NCBI GenBank assembly: GCA_040954595.2
Contig: CM082581.2
Coordinates: forward strand, 11,468,286 to 11,532,285
Length of the DNA: 64,000 nt
Reading direction: 5' to 3'
Origin: Balanoglossus misakiensis
Lineage: Eukaryota; Animalia; Hemichordata
Positions 25,936 through 43,490 of the stretch are shown here, in pieces. Under the pieces are notes generated by a model. It had not been told where the DNA came from and made no database searches. It was given only the letters and a program-made list of their open reading frames with translations. Numbering within the stretch: position 1 is the first letter of the stretch; every line of letters begins with the position of its first letter. Made by a program: the position numbers and the translations under genes.

Positions 25936-28900
25936 ATGGGTCTTAGCCGCGAAGAAGCTTTCAGAATCTTAGAACTGCCTCCGGGTACGTATCGTGTAGA
26001 TTTTCGAGAAACTTTCTTTTAGGTTGCCATCAACTGTCAGCGAAGTCGTTGCGCAGGTGCTGTGTGTTGACTGTTGGGGCGCAGATTTGTTGTGGTTTTC
26101 ACTTCTGGTGGGAAGGGCCACTATAAAATATCAAATCAATTTCCCCACATTCTTGACCCTGAATTGAGCTGATCTAATCTGGATATCACGACGCTTTAGG
26201 TTACATTACTTGTGGGTTATATTTTTATGGGTTTATCATCAACTTCAATAACGCGCGTCAGCACATTGTATGCAAGTGATTTTGTCGATGAAGCAAATTT
26301 CATTTCCGGCTGTGTTCTACTCAATGTAAATACGGAACCAACTAATCGTCTTGAATCAGCTAGCTTAGTTTTGCTTGATAGATCATGCTAGCCAAAATGA
26401 TCAAGCATCGAGGGCTGTCGTTTTCACACAAGTGGTACCGTCCGTGAACTTTTACAGGTCAGAGGTTAAATAGGACAGTGGTGTGTAGTGGTCAGGAAAC
26501 ATACAGCTGTTTATCGAGTATTGATAAACAGATGATGAACATCAACTAGTCTACTGTCTTCTGATAGTAATTCTAAGATATCTTCAAAGTTGAAATATTA
26601 CAAAAGTTTGTAGATAACCATATATTGTGGGGAATATTAAACTACATTTGTAATGCCAGTCAACTTCACTTGTCATCTATAAATAGCTGTGGGGAGAATC
26701 ATTTGCATAAAAAAAGAATTCTCTAATTGTGTTTGTATCTTTAACATAACTGTCTTTCTCAATATACATTGTTTGCAACACGCTGTGTTTTGAAACAGCA
26801 GGGGCTGATGGCTCCTACACTACGAAATTAGGAGTAGTAAGGACTCATCCAAATCTTTATGTACAATCTATAGGTTCTATAGAAGACGATGTACGTGCTG
26901 CATATAAAAAATTAGCTCTGAAATGGCACCCAGATAAACATAACAACTCTGTGGCAGCTACTAAAGTGAGTACATGTGGGTTTTTACTTCGTGATAATTG
27001 TATTTCCACTGTTACTGGAAATTTTTGTAAATTGCATTGATAACATGGAACTTTTATGTCTGTTGTATAAAATAGAAATTTCAAGAAGTCTCTGCTGCTT
27101 ACAAACGTTTAACCAGTGGAAATGAAATGGTGGATGTGGATTACATGAGTCTTGATGACATGTTTGAACTTTTTGCAAGAATATTTTTTGCCGCAAGGTT
27201 TGGTGAGTATGAATTTTATAAGCAAAGACTACATTTACACCATATGAGCAAGTAAAATCCCAAAGACAAGCCATAACATCTTTGTTTTTGTCTGATATCT
27301 TGTTTGCTGAGAAATGCTTGATGGTTTTGACTCAACCATTAACCCTTGGTGTCTGTAGAACACAAATACTGCCTCTAACTCATTGTCAGATCAACCAGGT
27401 CTGAAAGTGTCTTACTGCTGTCAATAACATTTGTTATTATTTTCTTTATAAATTTAGAATCATACAATGGAGGTCATGGTATGTATGGAAGTGAGTCATC
27501 ATCGGAAGATAGTGATGAAGATGATATTTTAGGAGTTTTTTCTAACAGGTTTAAACTCAGAATGAATGCCAAGCAAAGAAAACAAGATGGTTCAGGTAAC
27601 AGTCTCACCATGCCCAAATCTCTCAATTAAAATCTCACTTTTGCAATATTGTTCTAAATTTGATAGTATGTGTGATACAAATTTGTTTCCATTTTGTTAA
27701 AAGTAATCCAAAAGATGTATAAAACGTGGTTGGAAATTCTGCCACTTAAAAGATTTTTGTTCTAATTCAATTACAGATGGTAGTTATCGCAAAACACTTA
27801 CAGAAGAGGTAAGTAAATAAAAAAACCTGCTGGGATATAGAAAATATTATTGTAGTAGGCAAAAATACTAGTATACACGTAGGTGGTGGTGATTCTGAAC
27901 ATTCCATACCTAGTAGAACCCAATACTGGGATAAATACAATCATTTTACTATTTTTCCTTGCATGACAGGAGGCGAAAATGAATGCTGAAAAACTTATAC
28001 AAGAAGAAGAAAAACTTAATAGGCTCAGAGAAAAAAGGCGAGCGAAAAAGAAACGGCAACGAGAAAGGAAAAGACAGAATAAATTAAAAGGAAAAGAAAA
28101 TGGTAAACCAGGGGGAAATAATGTTAAGGTGAGGGAGTTTTTGATGCTTTATTCATATATTGGAATTAACCCCATCTCTGACTTAAACATTTCATTCGAT
28201 GGTCCAAGTGTTATAACCATTCACATAATGTTTGAATACTTCTGATCAACTTGACAGGATAGCGATGGCAGTACCAGTGAAACAGACGAGTCCGAGAGTG
28301 AAGATGAAGAAGTTATTAACAAAAAATTAAGTGCAGCTGCAAGCAACTCCAAGTCTTCCAAGGCTAGCAGTAAAGATAAAAAAGACACTAGCAAAAAACA
28401 GTCGGTTTCCAGTAATAGTACAGATAAAAAGTCACAAAAAGATAGGTGAGTTAATCTTATTTCTAGCAGAAATTGAAAGTTGGCCTTAAGAGACTGGTTG
28501 TCTTTCATGCAGAGATTGAACGTCCTGGAGATAACAGGTACTGTTTCACTGACAATGGTTTGTTTCTTCCACAGACCCACATTAGATTCAGATGAAGGAG
28601 AACTCGACCCAAACTGTGCTTTTGTTGCAAAAGCAGCGGCCAATGCCAGCAAAAAGGTAACTGCCCAACCAACCAATAAGGATAAACAACCCAAAAAAGA
28701 GAAAGTCACAAATAAAGATCAACCAAAGAATCAGGAAGAAAAAGAATCTGTAAGTAAATAAATAGTACCTATTATCTATTGAACAGGACTTTAAAGTTTT
28801 CAACTTACTGTAGTTTAATTCATGTAAATCCTATACTGTTTTGTCCGCAATCTAACATTGTCATGGGTTGACTTCATCAGTGTATACATTCTTGTTGTCA

Positions 28901-31474
28901 GGTTGAAGATTTAGATCCAATAGTTTTACGAAGCAGACAAATCGCAGGTGAGCTTTTGCAACAGATTTGTTTACACTGTTTTGTGTTCTTAATATAGCAA
29001 TACAAAATCATTGTCCGGCACTAAGTTATTATGGCAGGTCAGTAATTTGTTTGAAATTTTCTTTCTCTCTTAACAGTACGTGGTAATGAAATGGCTAATT
29101 TAGGTCATTACACTGCAGCAATAGATTTATTTACACAGGCTATCAAATTGGATCCGAGGGATTTCAGGTCAGTTCTCATTCATCACATCATCAAGTAGAC
29201 TTGTGAAACTCTGATGTAGGTGGAATGTAATTGCAAAAGCAATATATGGTTCTGCATATGAAGTAATTCATATAATTCCTGTCAAGTTGTTGATTATGTA
29301 CTCACATGTTTTCATTACAACATTGTTTTGTACTTTTTTATAGGTTTTTTGGCAATCGTTCATTTTGTTTTGATCGCTTGGGCCAATATGACAAGTAAGT
29401 AAACTATTCCAAGTAATTGCATTATAGGTTGAATCTGGCTCTAACTCACACATCAAATGTACAGAAAATTTGAATATCTTGTTCTCATATCTATTATTAT
29501 AGAGCCCTAAAAGATGCTGACAAAGCTATATCACTTGCAAAAGAGTGGCCAAAAGGTTATTTTAGAAAAGGACGAGCTCTTGCTGGTCTTAAGGTAAGAA
29601 TATCATCGTTATTGGAGGTACTAAATGCAATTTCTCATCACCTAAATATCTGTTTTATTTTTGTCTGTACATTCCTGAAATCGTTTTTGTTTTGTTTGTT
29701 TTTATCTTTCCAGTTATATGCGGAAGCTGAAGGAGCATTTGAACAGGTATTAAAATTAGATCGTAATTGTGAAGATGCTATGCAAGAATTGCTACGTTGC
29801 AGAACGCACCAATTAATGGTAAGATACAAGAAAATTATTCCTAAGCATGTGATATCTGTTAAGTATATAGATTTATCTAATGGCAGTTGTGAAATTTGAA
29901 AGCTCGATTAGTATACCAAACTTCTCCAACATTAACTATTCTACGATGCTTTTTTTGGTCAATAGGAAATGGGTTTTTCACGTGCTCAAAGCGAGGTTGC
30001 CATTAGACAGCATGGAACAGTGCAAGCAGCATTAGAATCATTGCTAGCAGGAGCAGTACAAGATAATTTATCCGACGAAATTTATATCTCAGATGATGAA
30101 GATCATATACAAAAAACTATTCAGGCAAGCAAAACAGAGTGAGTTATCATCTTTACTTCCTTGATCAGCTTGAAATGTCTTGAAACACTTAAAGTGTGAT
30201 CTCTCAGAACTGTCGGCATGGTGCCAATTGCTGAAAGTATGACTCATGTGTAAATTATAGACAATGTGAGATGATACAATACATTTGGTAATAAACTTTA
30301 CTTTTGTTTGTTTTTGCAGTGTAAAAAATCCAGAGGGACTCACATCTATTTGGATTGGAAATGTTTTACCAAAAGTTACAGAAAAAGATATACGAGATGT
30401 TTTTTCAAAGTAAGCACATATTTGTACCTCTAAATACTTATTTTATCATAAAAATATGATTTCTCTCACAAGTTTGGCATATCTTGTCTCACACTCTCCT
30501 ACAGCTGACATGAGACAAAAAAAGCCCTGACGAGTGGGGTCTGAGTTTCTATTATATCCATTATCCAGTTAATTTCAGGCCTTGATTATATTCCAAACAT
30601 GTCAAACCCATTATAAAGACATTTATTTTGACTTCGTTTTCAGATGTGGTCCTTTACAAAGTGTGCGGATGTTACCAGATAAATTTTGTGTATTTGTCAA
30701 TTTCAAAAGAAAAGACTCTGCTAGTAAAGCAATGGAAACACTGCAGGTAAATTCTCTTCAAAGTCTCTCCATTGCATTGAGTTCTTCATGTCCTTATATT
30801 ACCATGATAGCAACATGCAATTTTCATGTACACCAAGATTTCCATGAAATGTTTTCGTAATAATCTCTGTACCTGCATGAATGTAGTGTGTGATTGTCTC
30901 ATCCTATGCTGACATATTTTTTGTGATTTGACAGGGCCATGAACTTGAAGGCCAGAGGCTACTCATCAAGTTTCCTGATAACCCGATAGTAAACGGTCAA
31001 CCACGTGTTACAGTCATCAAGAAAACGCAAACTAGCAGTACTACAAGTACTGTTAGTACAGCTAGTAGTAGTACTGCTACCACAAATAATGTTGGATCAG
31101 GAAATGCAAAACTTTCAAGATACACTGAACAGTAAGGAATTTGTCTTTCAAACTTTACCCCACTTTCTCTCTCTCCCTTCCCCATTCTCTCCTGATAATA
31201 TGATATTGGAATATAGCTGATTGTAGTAATATCTTAACTTTCATGGAAGCAATTTCTTCTATGTTGTGCCATAATCCAAACTTATTCACTGTACATGTCT
31301 CAACTTTGCAGGGAAAAGGAAAAATTGAGTGGCCCTGTCAATGGTGATGAGTGCTACTTTTGGAGGACGACTGGATGTGCGTATGGTGACAAGTGTTATT
31401 ACAAACATCTCCCCGAAAGTAAAGGAACAGATAAAAAACCGTGGCATAAATCACTTTTTGGGAAACCGGAATGA
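25936..31474 (+). CDS. TTC31: TTC31-like protein with N-terminal DnaJ domain, coiled coil, 3 TPR, UBA, RRM and CCCH zinc finger; 18 exons, 689 aa
   Basis: Exons 25936-25984, 26874-26965, 27076-27202, 27458-27595, 27777-27808, 27970-28128, 28258-28445, 28575-28749, 28902-28947, 29077-29167, 29344-29394, 29503-29593, 29714-29818, 29966-30138, 30320-30409, 30644-30746, 30935-31131, 31312-31474 (2070 nt, all GT-AG, frame consistent). Motifs: AYKKLALKWHPDK; LTEEEAKMNAEKLIQEEEK and ELDPNCAFV (TTC31-like); FFGNRSFCF..WPKGYFRKG (TPR); EMGFSR..AALESLL (UBA); SIWIGNV and CVFVNF (RRM); CYFWRTTGCAYGDKCYYKH (CCCH). Confidence 0.9.
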
Positions 31475-33098
31475 ATTGAAGCCAGGAAAGAAAAGACTTT
31501 ACAAAACATGGAGCAAAGGAAATTGTTTTCCGAAGGTTACACTTCATTACTCTTCACTTCACCCTTCAAAAGGAAAGTGAGACTGCATTTTTTGGTTTGA
31601 ATTATCATACTCCTGTTTATTCGTTATCACAAGCTGCAAATTTCTTTTGATTTCATACCAAGCTACAATATATATTCGGAAGTTATTGTGATCACATGGT
31701 TTCATAGTATAACAAATCAAGAGGAACTATTCAGTGGACTATCAGTTTTACTGGCAAAAAATACCAAAGTGTTCATCAAGAAATTCAACAAGGAAATGGT
31801 TTATTGTCGCCACTAGTATAAACACGTCACTACACAGCAAAATCTGTTTATAGTTTAAGTAGAGTTTACTTAAAATGGACAGACCTATTGTAAGTGAAAA
31901 TGTGTTGATCAGGTGGAGCAACAGACTTTTAATTACAAAGGTGTTCAGGTATAGAATGCAATGGCTTGTGGGATGGACAAATGTTCCTTATAGGCAGTTT
32001 TTTTCATTTTATATAGAGCTATAGTTATACATGTTTCGTCACAGATTTTCTTAGCAATTTCATGTTTCTTGCAATTGAAACACTCGATAAGTCCAGGCAG
32101 TTAAAAAACAAGTATGATGTTCGTTGCATTAAAAAATGTCAAAAATAAGCAATAACAGCACAGAACAAAGTGACTTGCGTATTATGCTAATTGTCAGGGC
32201 CATCTTAGATATCATCCCAGTGTTTTACTGCAAAATATAAACACAGCTTCACAGTATTATCAGACAAAATCAGAAAATCAAAATTGTCAGTTTCCAAACT
32301 TTCTCACAAAATCAAACACAAACTAAAAGAGCATAAAATGACTGGTTATGTGTCAACAACCATTGCTTTGTAGAATGTTTCAATTTTCTGAGACAAATTG
32401 CAGTCTGAAATGTTGTTCCCATTGAAGTTAACATATCAGTTGTGTGTGTGCAACCAGAGAGGCATTCGATGTGTTGTTATTGCCCTGAAAATATAGTATG
32501 ATGTAAGTTACTACATGTTACCAGTATCAGAAAGGATCAAAGAATATTGTACATGTATATGTGGTTGACAGTCTCAGTCACTGAACAAAATATTGTACCT
32601 TTACCAGTAAAGCAGTGTGTGCAAAAAATTCAAACCGTCGGCCATTTTTCCCTGAAAAAAAGTTCCATATTAAACTTTACCTTTGAGTTTTTAAGCATTA
32701 ATGCTTTAGAAATCAGTACTGCTATGAATCGCCAAGACCAGTTTGTTTTGGAGAAAGTTCCATGTATTTTCTGTCGTGTTGATGGAAAGGGTTACAGACA
32801 ATGCTTGTAAAGAGGGAACTGCTTTAGAATCAAGATGCTGAGTTTCCAATAAGTTAAGACAGATTTTTCTGTATAAGTTCATTGTTATCTTTCTTTCTTT
32901 TTTGACTGTTGTGTCTTTTTGTTTTGTTTTGAAAGTTCAAAGGGAGGTTACAGCATATTGTATACGAAGAGAACAAAAGTTGGCAGTGGATGATTCCGGT
33001 TTCAACTGTCAATGTCCAGAGTGGTGTCTGTTTCAAGATGCCAACTTTCTATATTGTAGTGATAATTATGAAACAAAAAACACTGATCTGTTATGAAT

Positions 33099-33258
33099 AA
33101 TAAAAAGTGTTGATGCAGTTTAAACTCGATGTGTCTGAGCCTTTGGAAATCATATGGGTGACTTGGTATGAGTGTGGAACATACATAATAATTGTATCAT
33201 GATCATTGTAAAAATAAACTATACACAGCCTCACAGGGCAATCCAGGATTTCTTTATT
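33099..33258. terminator. Convergent polyadenylation signals for TTC31-like (+) and PLEKHA (-)
   Basis: AATAAA on + at 33099 and 33213; AATAAA on - at 33253-33258. Confidence 0.45.
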
Positions 33259-36200
33259 GGTATTATAAGAGATGCAAGATTATTTGAACATTTTTAAGTG
33301 TACATATGAAAAATCTCCGCTTGAGAAAGGCATCAAATGTAGAATTTTATATATTTTTTAATATATTATATCACAAAATCTGTATTGGAGGTAAGCTGGG
33401 ATTTCTTTAATCAATCGAGCATGTTACTATTATTTGACATTAAATTAGAAACTCATCAGCTACTCATCAGTAACTATAAGCTATCACCTGATCATCTACA
33501 ATGGCTATACTCTCATGTGACTACCACCTGACCAGCCTAATCAGGTGGGTAGTTCCTGCACTAACTCAGGGATCTGGGGTTTCCTGTATTGAAGGTGTCC
33601 TATAAATCACCCTACTTCAACATCATTTACTTACATACCCTGATCATGGGAAAATTATCATTTTGTCATCAACGAGAAATTGAAATTCATGATCATCTGA
33701 GCCAGTATTAATCACATGACTATCACACTATCAGTTTTGATTTCTCACCATGTGATTATTACATGATTATCCAGATTTCATCATGATCAACAGTATCCCA
33801 TCTACTCCCTAGCCTAGGTATAAAACCACTAAATGTCTTACTCAATGTATAACCTTTTAACTATCCTAAATTGACCAGTACTCATTGATAACCATATTCT
33901 TGCTTACAAATCTTTCTTCTATATAAAAATACACTGTACACTGTCAGATGACAGTCACATAACTAAAGAGGACTATAGTTGCATTGACCGAAATATCAAA
34001 TCCTAAAAGCAGCATTAAAGCAATCTATGATTGTCAGGGTGGGTTCTAACTTGCTGATTACAACTCCTATAAAAACTGCATGACTTCACTTGGTTCCAGA
34101 AAACTGCATCACTTCTCTGGTTCCACATATACATCAGCTAAACTACTGTTCCATGGCAAATACATCTGTTGGATTTCTACACACTAGATCAAACCTGGTA
34201 AAGTTCCATGCTGCTCAGTTCAATGCTGACGGTTTCTCAAATCAATAGGTTTCCCGTGACAATCATCTGAAGTCTTGTGGTTTCAAACATCAAGCCAACA
34301 AAACCTCCGTGGTTTCATTCATAAGGCAGATCCAAGTCCTATGTTCTCACACATCACATAGTTCACATAAGCTATATCAAATCCTATGTTTGGAGGGTCA
34401 TTCAATCCTATGGCTCATATTCCATCACACAGGTCCTGCTGACATTTTGTGATGTGTCAGTTTCATGCAGAAAGACAATGATATGAACAACTGCATGATT
34501 ATGTTGTCTCAATGTTCAGTGTCTCCAAATGGCATTTCCTTCTGGCTGATCCAAAATTAGAATGTGGATTAAATGTGAGGAGTAGTAGCTTGGTAGCTTG
34601 TTGATCCACAATCAGACAGTCTGAATGGGTCTTGTCATGCATTTCTATAGAGTTGACGTCTGTGATATGAACAAAGTTAAAAGACATGACATCACTTGAC
34701 TGTGGTTATATGTAAATCTGCTGTAGCTGACCCTTGACCTTACCATCACCTATACTTAAACACACACAAATTGATATATTATCACGCACATCAACCAACC
34801 ACCAGATATAATCAACCAACACACGGAATGACCAAGTTACTCAACTTGTTGTTGTAAACTGTGAAGTTAGGAAAAAAGTCATAGTCAGATTCAGCTGAAA
34901 ATCCTGAAAAGGAAATCCATTCCTGACAATATTAACGATTATTTCATCTGAAATACCTTTTAATTGATATCCTGATTGTAGAGGGATGAAATGAAGATAA
35001 GACACAGACAGAAAACTCATGAAAGCTAATGACTGAACTGTTTTTTTTTCAAAATTTATGTCTATAGAACGATTTACTTGACCAACTTTGCAGCTTAATG
35101 TCAATCCTGGCAATAGGTATCAGTTTGATTGTAAATCTCTCTAATTTCAAGTGAAACTTTTGGTTATTGTATTAAATCATATTTGTATATTGTATTTATA
35201 TCATATGATATGAATAGCTCAAAGACATTCAAAGCAAGTCTGGCCTGTTGGCTTTACACGTAAAGGGATAGAGTCGAGAAGTTCAATACTGAAGATTTGT
35301 CTCAAGAGGGCGTTGTATATGCCCACTCATCTTCCATTATTTTTCCCCAGTAGTCCTGCAGAAACCACTTCCAAAAAAATCATGGCAATATGTTTCTGTT
35401 AAGGATTAAAATGTGAGAACTTAACACATGATCCTTAACCCTAAGCCCATCTTGAATGAAGGCACAGAGATATATTCCTGTAATATTCTCATGTCAAGAT
35501 GGCCGCACCATTTGAACGCAGGGATGAGCATACATGCAACACAGCTATCTGCAAAGCATGCCATGGTCGATTTAGTGGCAACAAACTGCACCATAAACCA
35601 AGGATTAAAATAAATGGAAAAGAGTGACTGATAATGATCTGTGGTGTGTTAGTTGTCATTAAAGTCTTGAACATGAAATTATATTTAAATGGATTTATTT
35701 TTAAGAGTTTAAGACTTTTCCTTTTATTCGTGCATTCATTACCTTGGTAAGAGTGAAGACTACAGCCATGGCCAGCATCTGGCATATTACTACACGTATG
35801 AAACCTTCAAATAAAAAAATTTAATCAACCACAAACTGGTCAGGAATGATCATGACAGCACATTACAACAAACGGGGGAAACTTGGATCACAATGTGAGT
35901 GTGAAGGGAAGCCATGCTTAGGAATACTTGACTCTCTAAAGCGTTTGCGATGTTTGATGGGACAAAATCATAACCTTCTGATTATTTTTATACGCTCAAG
36001 ACAAATATGTCCTTAAATACACAATTTCAAATTTCTAAAATATATTATTGCAGATTCAAAAGATGTAACATTTTGTCCCATCAATGATTTGGTGTTACTT
36101 GTTACAATGGGCAGCAAAACTAATTAGGCAGTTGCTATAATTGTTGCCGTAATATGCAATGCGTTCTTAATATGACATGTAGCACACAAAGTATAAAACT

Positions 36201-36808
36201 CCAGAGAAATTATAATACTGGTACCAAAAGTCAAATTTTCTCACATGGCAATGTAGTAGGATACACCACAAGTGAGGACTGTATTTGACAATAAACTCTC
36301 ATGAGAAAATGAATGACATATACATGTACCCAGAGACTGTGCCTTTTAATTTGAGGCAAAAACCTCCACACCACCAATGTGATTATGGTAAATATTATTG
36401 AAATGGCCGTACATGTATAGTTGATTGGACATGTAGTGGATTCAATAATGGAAATCACCAGTTTATTGTAGATCCATATATATTTATACATGTAGGAAGG
36501 TGGTATACAGAAAACAGTGTGTTGGAAATGCGAGATGTTTTGACTTCCTGATGCAGTTTGAAACTGGAATTAATTCAAAAGCTGACATAAGCTATCAAGT
36601 TGATTGTCGATCATAGATAGGAACACAAAGGTCATGGGGTCATGTAGCCTGATTCTGGTATCAATGTCTCATCTAATAGATTGATATCTGACGTCTCTGC
36701 AGGGGGTCAGAATATTGATTATTGGCCTACCCTATAACAGGATATATGGTGAGCATCAAATATTTTGAAATCAGTTCAAAAGTCAAAAGTAATATATATT
36801 GAACTCAC

Positions 36809-40085
<3,277 letters not shown>

Positions 40086-41039
40086 TTATCAGGGTATGAC
40101 CTGTTGTGAAATATACAAGTACCATGAATAAATCATTCCTATAAGGTCACTGCAGCTGTATTTACACAACGAGTTACGCTAAGGTGAGTTTTTCCAAGAA
40201 GTAGACACACCTCCTATGAAAGCGTGAACACATGCACAGGATTCTTTTAGAATAGACCAAGTCCAATGTGAACAAACACTACCATTTCACTTGATAATAT
40301 ATGTGACAAAGCCCGCTTTATGCCACAAGCCATCAGAAACGTAATTTACAACTTCCACCATGATCACATTACCCATAATATCTTTATGACACCATGATCA
40401 AATTAGACGACATGTGTCAGACTGCTTACATTGCCTATTTAACTTAAATATCCACAACACATATGATTGTACATTACAGTAGCCATTTAACCCACATGTC
40501 ATTGCACCTTCAATGTCAAGTCTACAAAATAAAAGGACAAAATGGTGAGGTCATTTAAGGACGTGACCTCATGGCATGAACCAAATAAGGTCTTCCAACA
40601 GAACACACTTAAATCCCCTGGAAGTGGGTCAAGCGGAATACATTTTCACACCCACTGGACACTGGTGTGCAGCAAAGACCTTGTGATGATCTTGCAACAG
40701 TTGGGTGTGAAAAATATTTCCAACAACACGATTATCATTGCCAGAAATTATGAAATTACCAATTAACATACCTATTCAACTACATATAACAATAATTGGG
40801 GACTCCGGGTGTAGCCTCACATACCGAGGCGTTGGCGAACACTTTTAAGCGCTGTTGTCAATTACAAAACGCGTGTAAATATCACTATCCAAAACACACG
40901 TATCCAATATGTATTAGTGGTGGTACACACTGGTCTGTACTGTCCACAGACAAGTCGCGAAAAAGTCTTCTATGTTGTAGCTCTCTCGGAAATGGCGTGT
41001 CAGCTTTTCGAGTAGCGATATCCCACTGTCATAATCTCA

Positions 41040-41450
41040 AATGGACCCGGAAACTGGACTGAAATCCCAATTTTCAATGATTTGGGGCAATTTCCAGAAT
41101 AGCACTTCCGCGTTCCGCGTCCAGAGACACCTATCACCTCTTCCAAAATGGCTTCTAGTCACTAACCCGGATGTAAAAGTTGGGTCCAAAACAAATATTA
41201 TCACGAGTTATTTACGTTTTTCATAAGAGAGTACCGGAGTCAAGGTAGAGCGATTTTATTTTAAGGAAACCAATCTAACGCAACCATGGAAACTTTTGTT
41301 ATTGTAACAAAAGTACGTGTTGCTTTCAATGGCTTTCTTCGAAATGCAGTACGCCCTCTAACCATACATGGTAGTGCCCGTTTGTTTGTTTTTCCACAGG
41401 TGAAAGAAATACCTGTACGTACATCTTTCGATTCCGGTTTTCGAAGAAAC
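41040..41450 (-). promoter_or_regulatory. Probable CpG-rich promoter of PLEKHA with ETS motifs
   Basis: CCGGAA (41047), ACTTCCG (41104), CCGGATGT (41167) and TTCCGG (41432) lie between the RNF 3' end and the first PLEKHA coding exon. Confidence 0.45.
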
Positions 41451-42448
41451 TTGTTGCTACGTGTATAACAGAACGAATGCCATACCAGATTTGGTTGGCT
41501 ATATAATAGTGTCACTTAAAGGACCATAAACCCCTTAAAGCTTAAGTATTGTACACACAACACACAAAGATTGCCATAATAAGTTTTAATAGCATGACAT
41601 TTAGAATAAACAAAACTGACAATTGATTGTTATACAATGATGGTTTATTTGCCAATGTTATGATGAATTGAAATATCTATGTATATGAAACTACTAATAC
41701 ATGTAGTACAGAAAAAATGAATGCTGTTTAAATGTTCATGCTCACATAACTTATCCAACTGAAATACTTGCATTGTTATTTTGGCCAGGAAAGTTTGCCT
41801 TTCCATTCAGATTATTTTGTGATAAAATGAAAAGACCAACTGTAAATGAATGCACTGAAATACAATTAAGATGTGGAGACAAAGATCTCTACTTGAAGGT
41901 TACTCATCAGATTTTAATATTGGTTAGATCTACCAATGCATGCCCCCAGGCCTCACACAGACCACTCTTCTATTTCCTTCAATTCCACAATAGTACCACA
42001 TCTATTACACTACTGTATCTTATACACATCTAAAATCACACAAAATTTGCACACTGACATACATTGTACCACAAAATGGATTTTAAAAGATACTTGGGTA
42101 TTTTAACCCTTTGAATTTTAGTAATTAAATTAGAATTTTATTAAAACTCTATCACTGATACTGAAAGTGTTTTACCTAGACATAATTTAAATTAGCAAAT
42201 GTATAAAAAAGGATACTGGAAAGGCAGAAACTCAATTAAATTTCTTCATGCATAGTTTAAAATGTTAAAATATATCTCAAATCATTGTTAACCACAAAAA
42301 TACAAACTGCAAAACAGGTACATGTACTGCTAAACCTAAACAGATATTCCAGATAACGTTCGTCTATTTCCTAAGTAGGAAAGACCAAAGTTCTCCAAGG
42401 AAATTAAGGCACTTGTTTTGAGAAGACTAGATTTCTGACTACAATTTG

Positions 42449-43490
42449 TTACACTTCCACTCTGTACGTCCTTGATTCCGCTCCTGTGACAAGTCGACTT
42501 CTCTCTGTCTGTTTCACTTTTCTATTGCACATGGGACATGATGTTTTCTCCTCGAGCCATTTGGATATGCACCTGGAAAACACACAAAGAAATATACTAA
42601 TGCAATGAAATCGAACACAAACATCTGCAATATCTATTGTCTTTGAAAGAACATAAACATCTGTACCAAGTTATACATCCACTTACCTTCTGTGGAATCC
42701 ATGCCCACAAGGACAAATGCCACATTCCTGACCAAACGTGAATTCTTCTAAACAAACAGCACAAATCTGTAAATCAATCAATCAGAAAAGTAATGTTGCT
42801 ATATGTGAATGGAAATAATATTGTCTTGAGTTTCCATTCCATATTCAACTGAATGTAAAGCCTCTAGACTGACAACAAAAATGAGTGGGAGGGGGTTATA
42901 CTTGGGCCACCCCAAAGAACATGTATTATATAAATTATATCAGCATGTGGACTTTGAAAAAAATTAGCTGAACATTCAAAAGAAGACTCACATCACTGGA
43001 TAACTGTCCTTTGCGAGTTATCCGAACCTGAAAGGTAACAAAACATCAAAATATGTAGCCAAAAGTAAACTTGAAAATCAAGAATCAGGTGACTCTCACT
43101 TTCAACGCTGTCAATGTCTTGGTACACTTTAACCAAGAACAAGTGTTTTAAAAAATTCAATGTTTCAATTTTTAATTTACCTTTCTGAAGCCTCTTTCTT
43201 CATCTCCTTCTCGTCTTATTCTAAAATAGAAAACAAAAAGTTTCCATAATCACCTAAATCTAACCAATCACCATTGCAGCTGGGCAGTATCACACTGGGA
43301 TAACAACATTGCCTTCATGTTTACCTACATCTAAGCTATCATTGCACCACATCTTTCATAAATATACCAGTACTCACCTCCACAAGTAACAGCAGAATAA
43401 TAGTGACAGAAAAGTGGCTAAACCCCCCACAGCAAGAATTGGAAGAGAGGCTTCCAGCGTGAACGCTATTGAAGATCCAGCATCAGACAT
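42449..43490 (-). CDS. RNF122: Membrane-anchored RING-H2 E3 ligase, RNF24/RNF122 family, 5 coding exons, 130 aa
   Basis: Exons 43490-43378, 43220-43181, 43027-42992, 42766-42687, 42572-42449 (393 nt). The TM helix ends in LSLLFCCYL, followed by the RING-H2 [34 protein letters not shown] probable non-coding first exon ends at 43745. It is equally a co-ortholog of RNF24. Confidence 0.9.

Noticed and set aside
40796-40860. tRNA-like start CCGGGTGTAGC
   Set aside because: No T-loop (GTTC) or cloverleaf.
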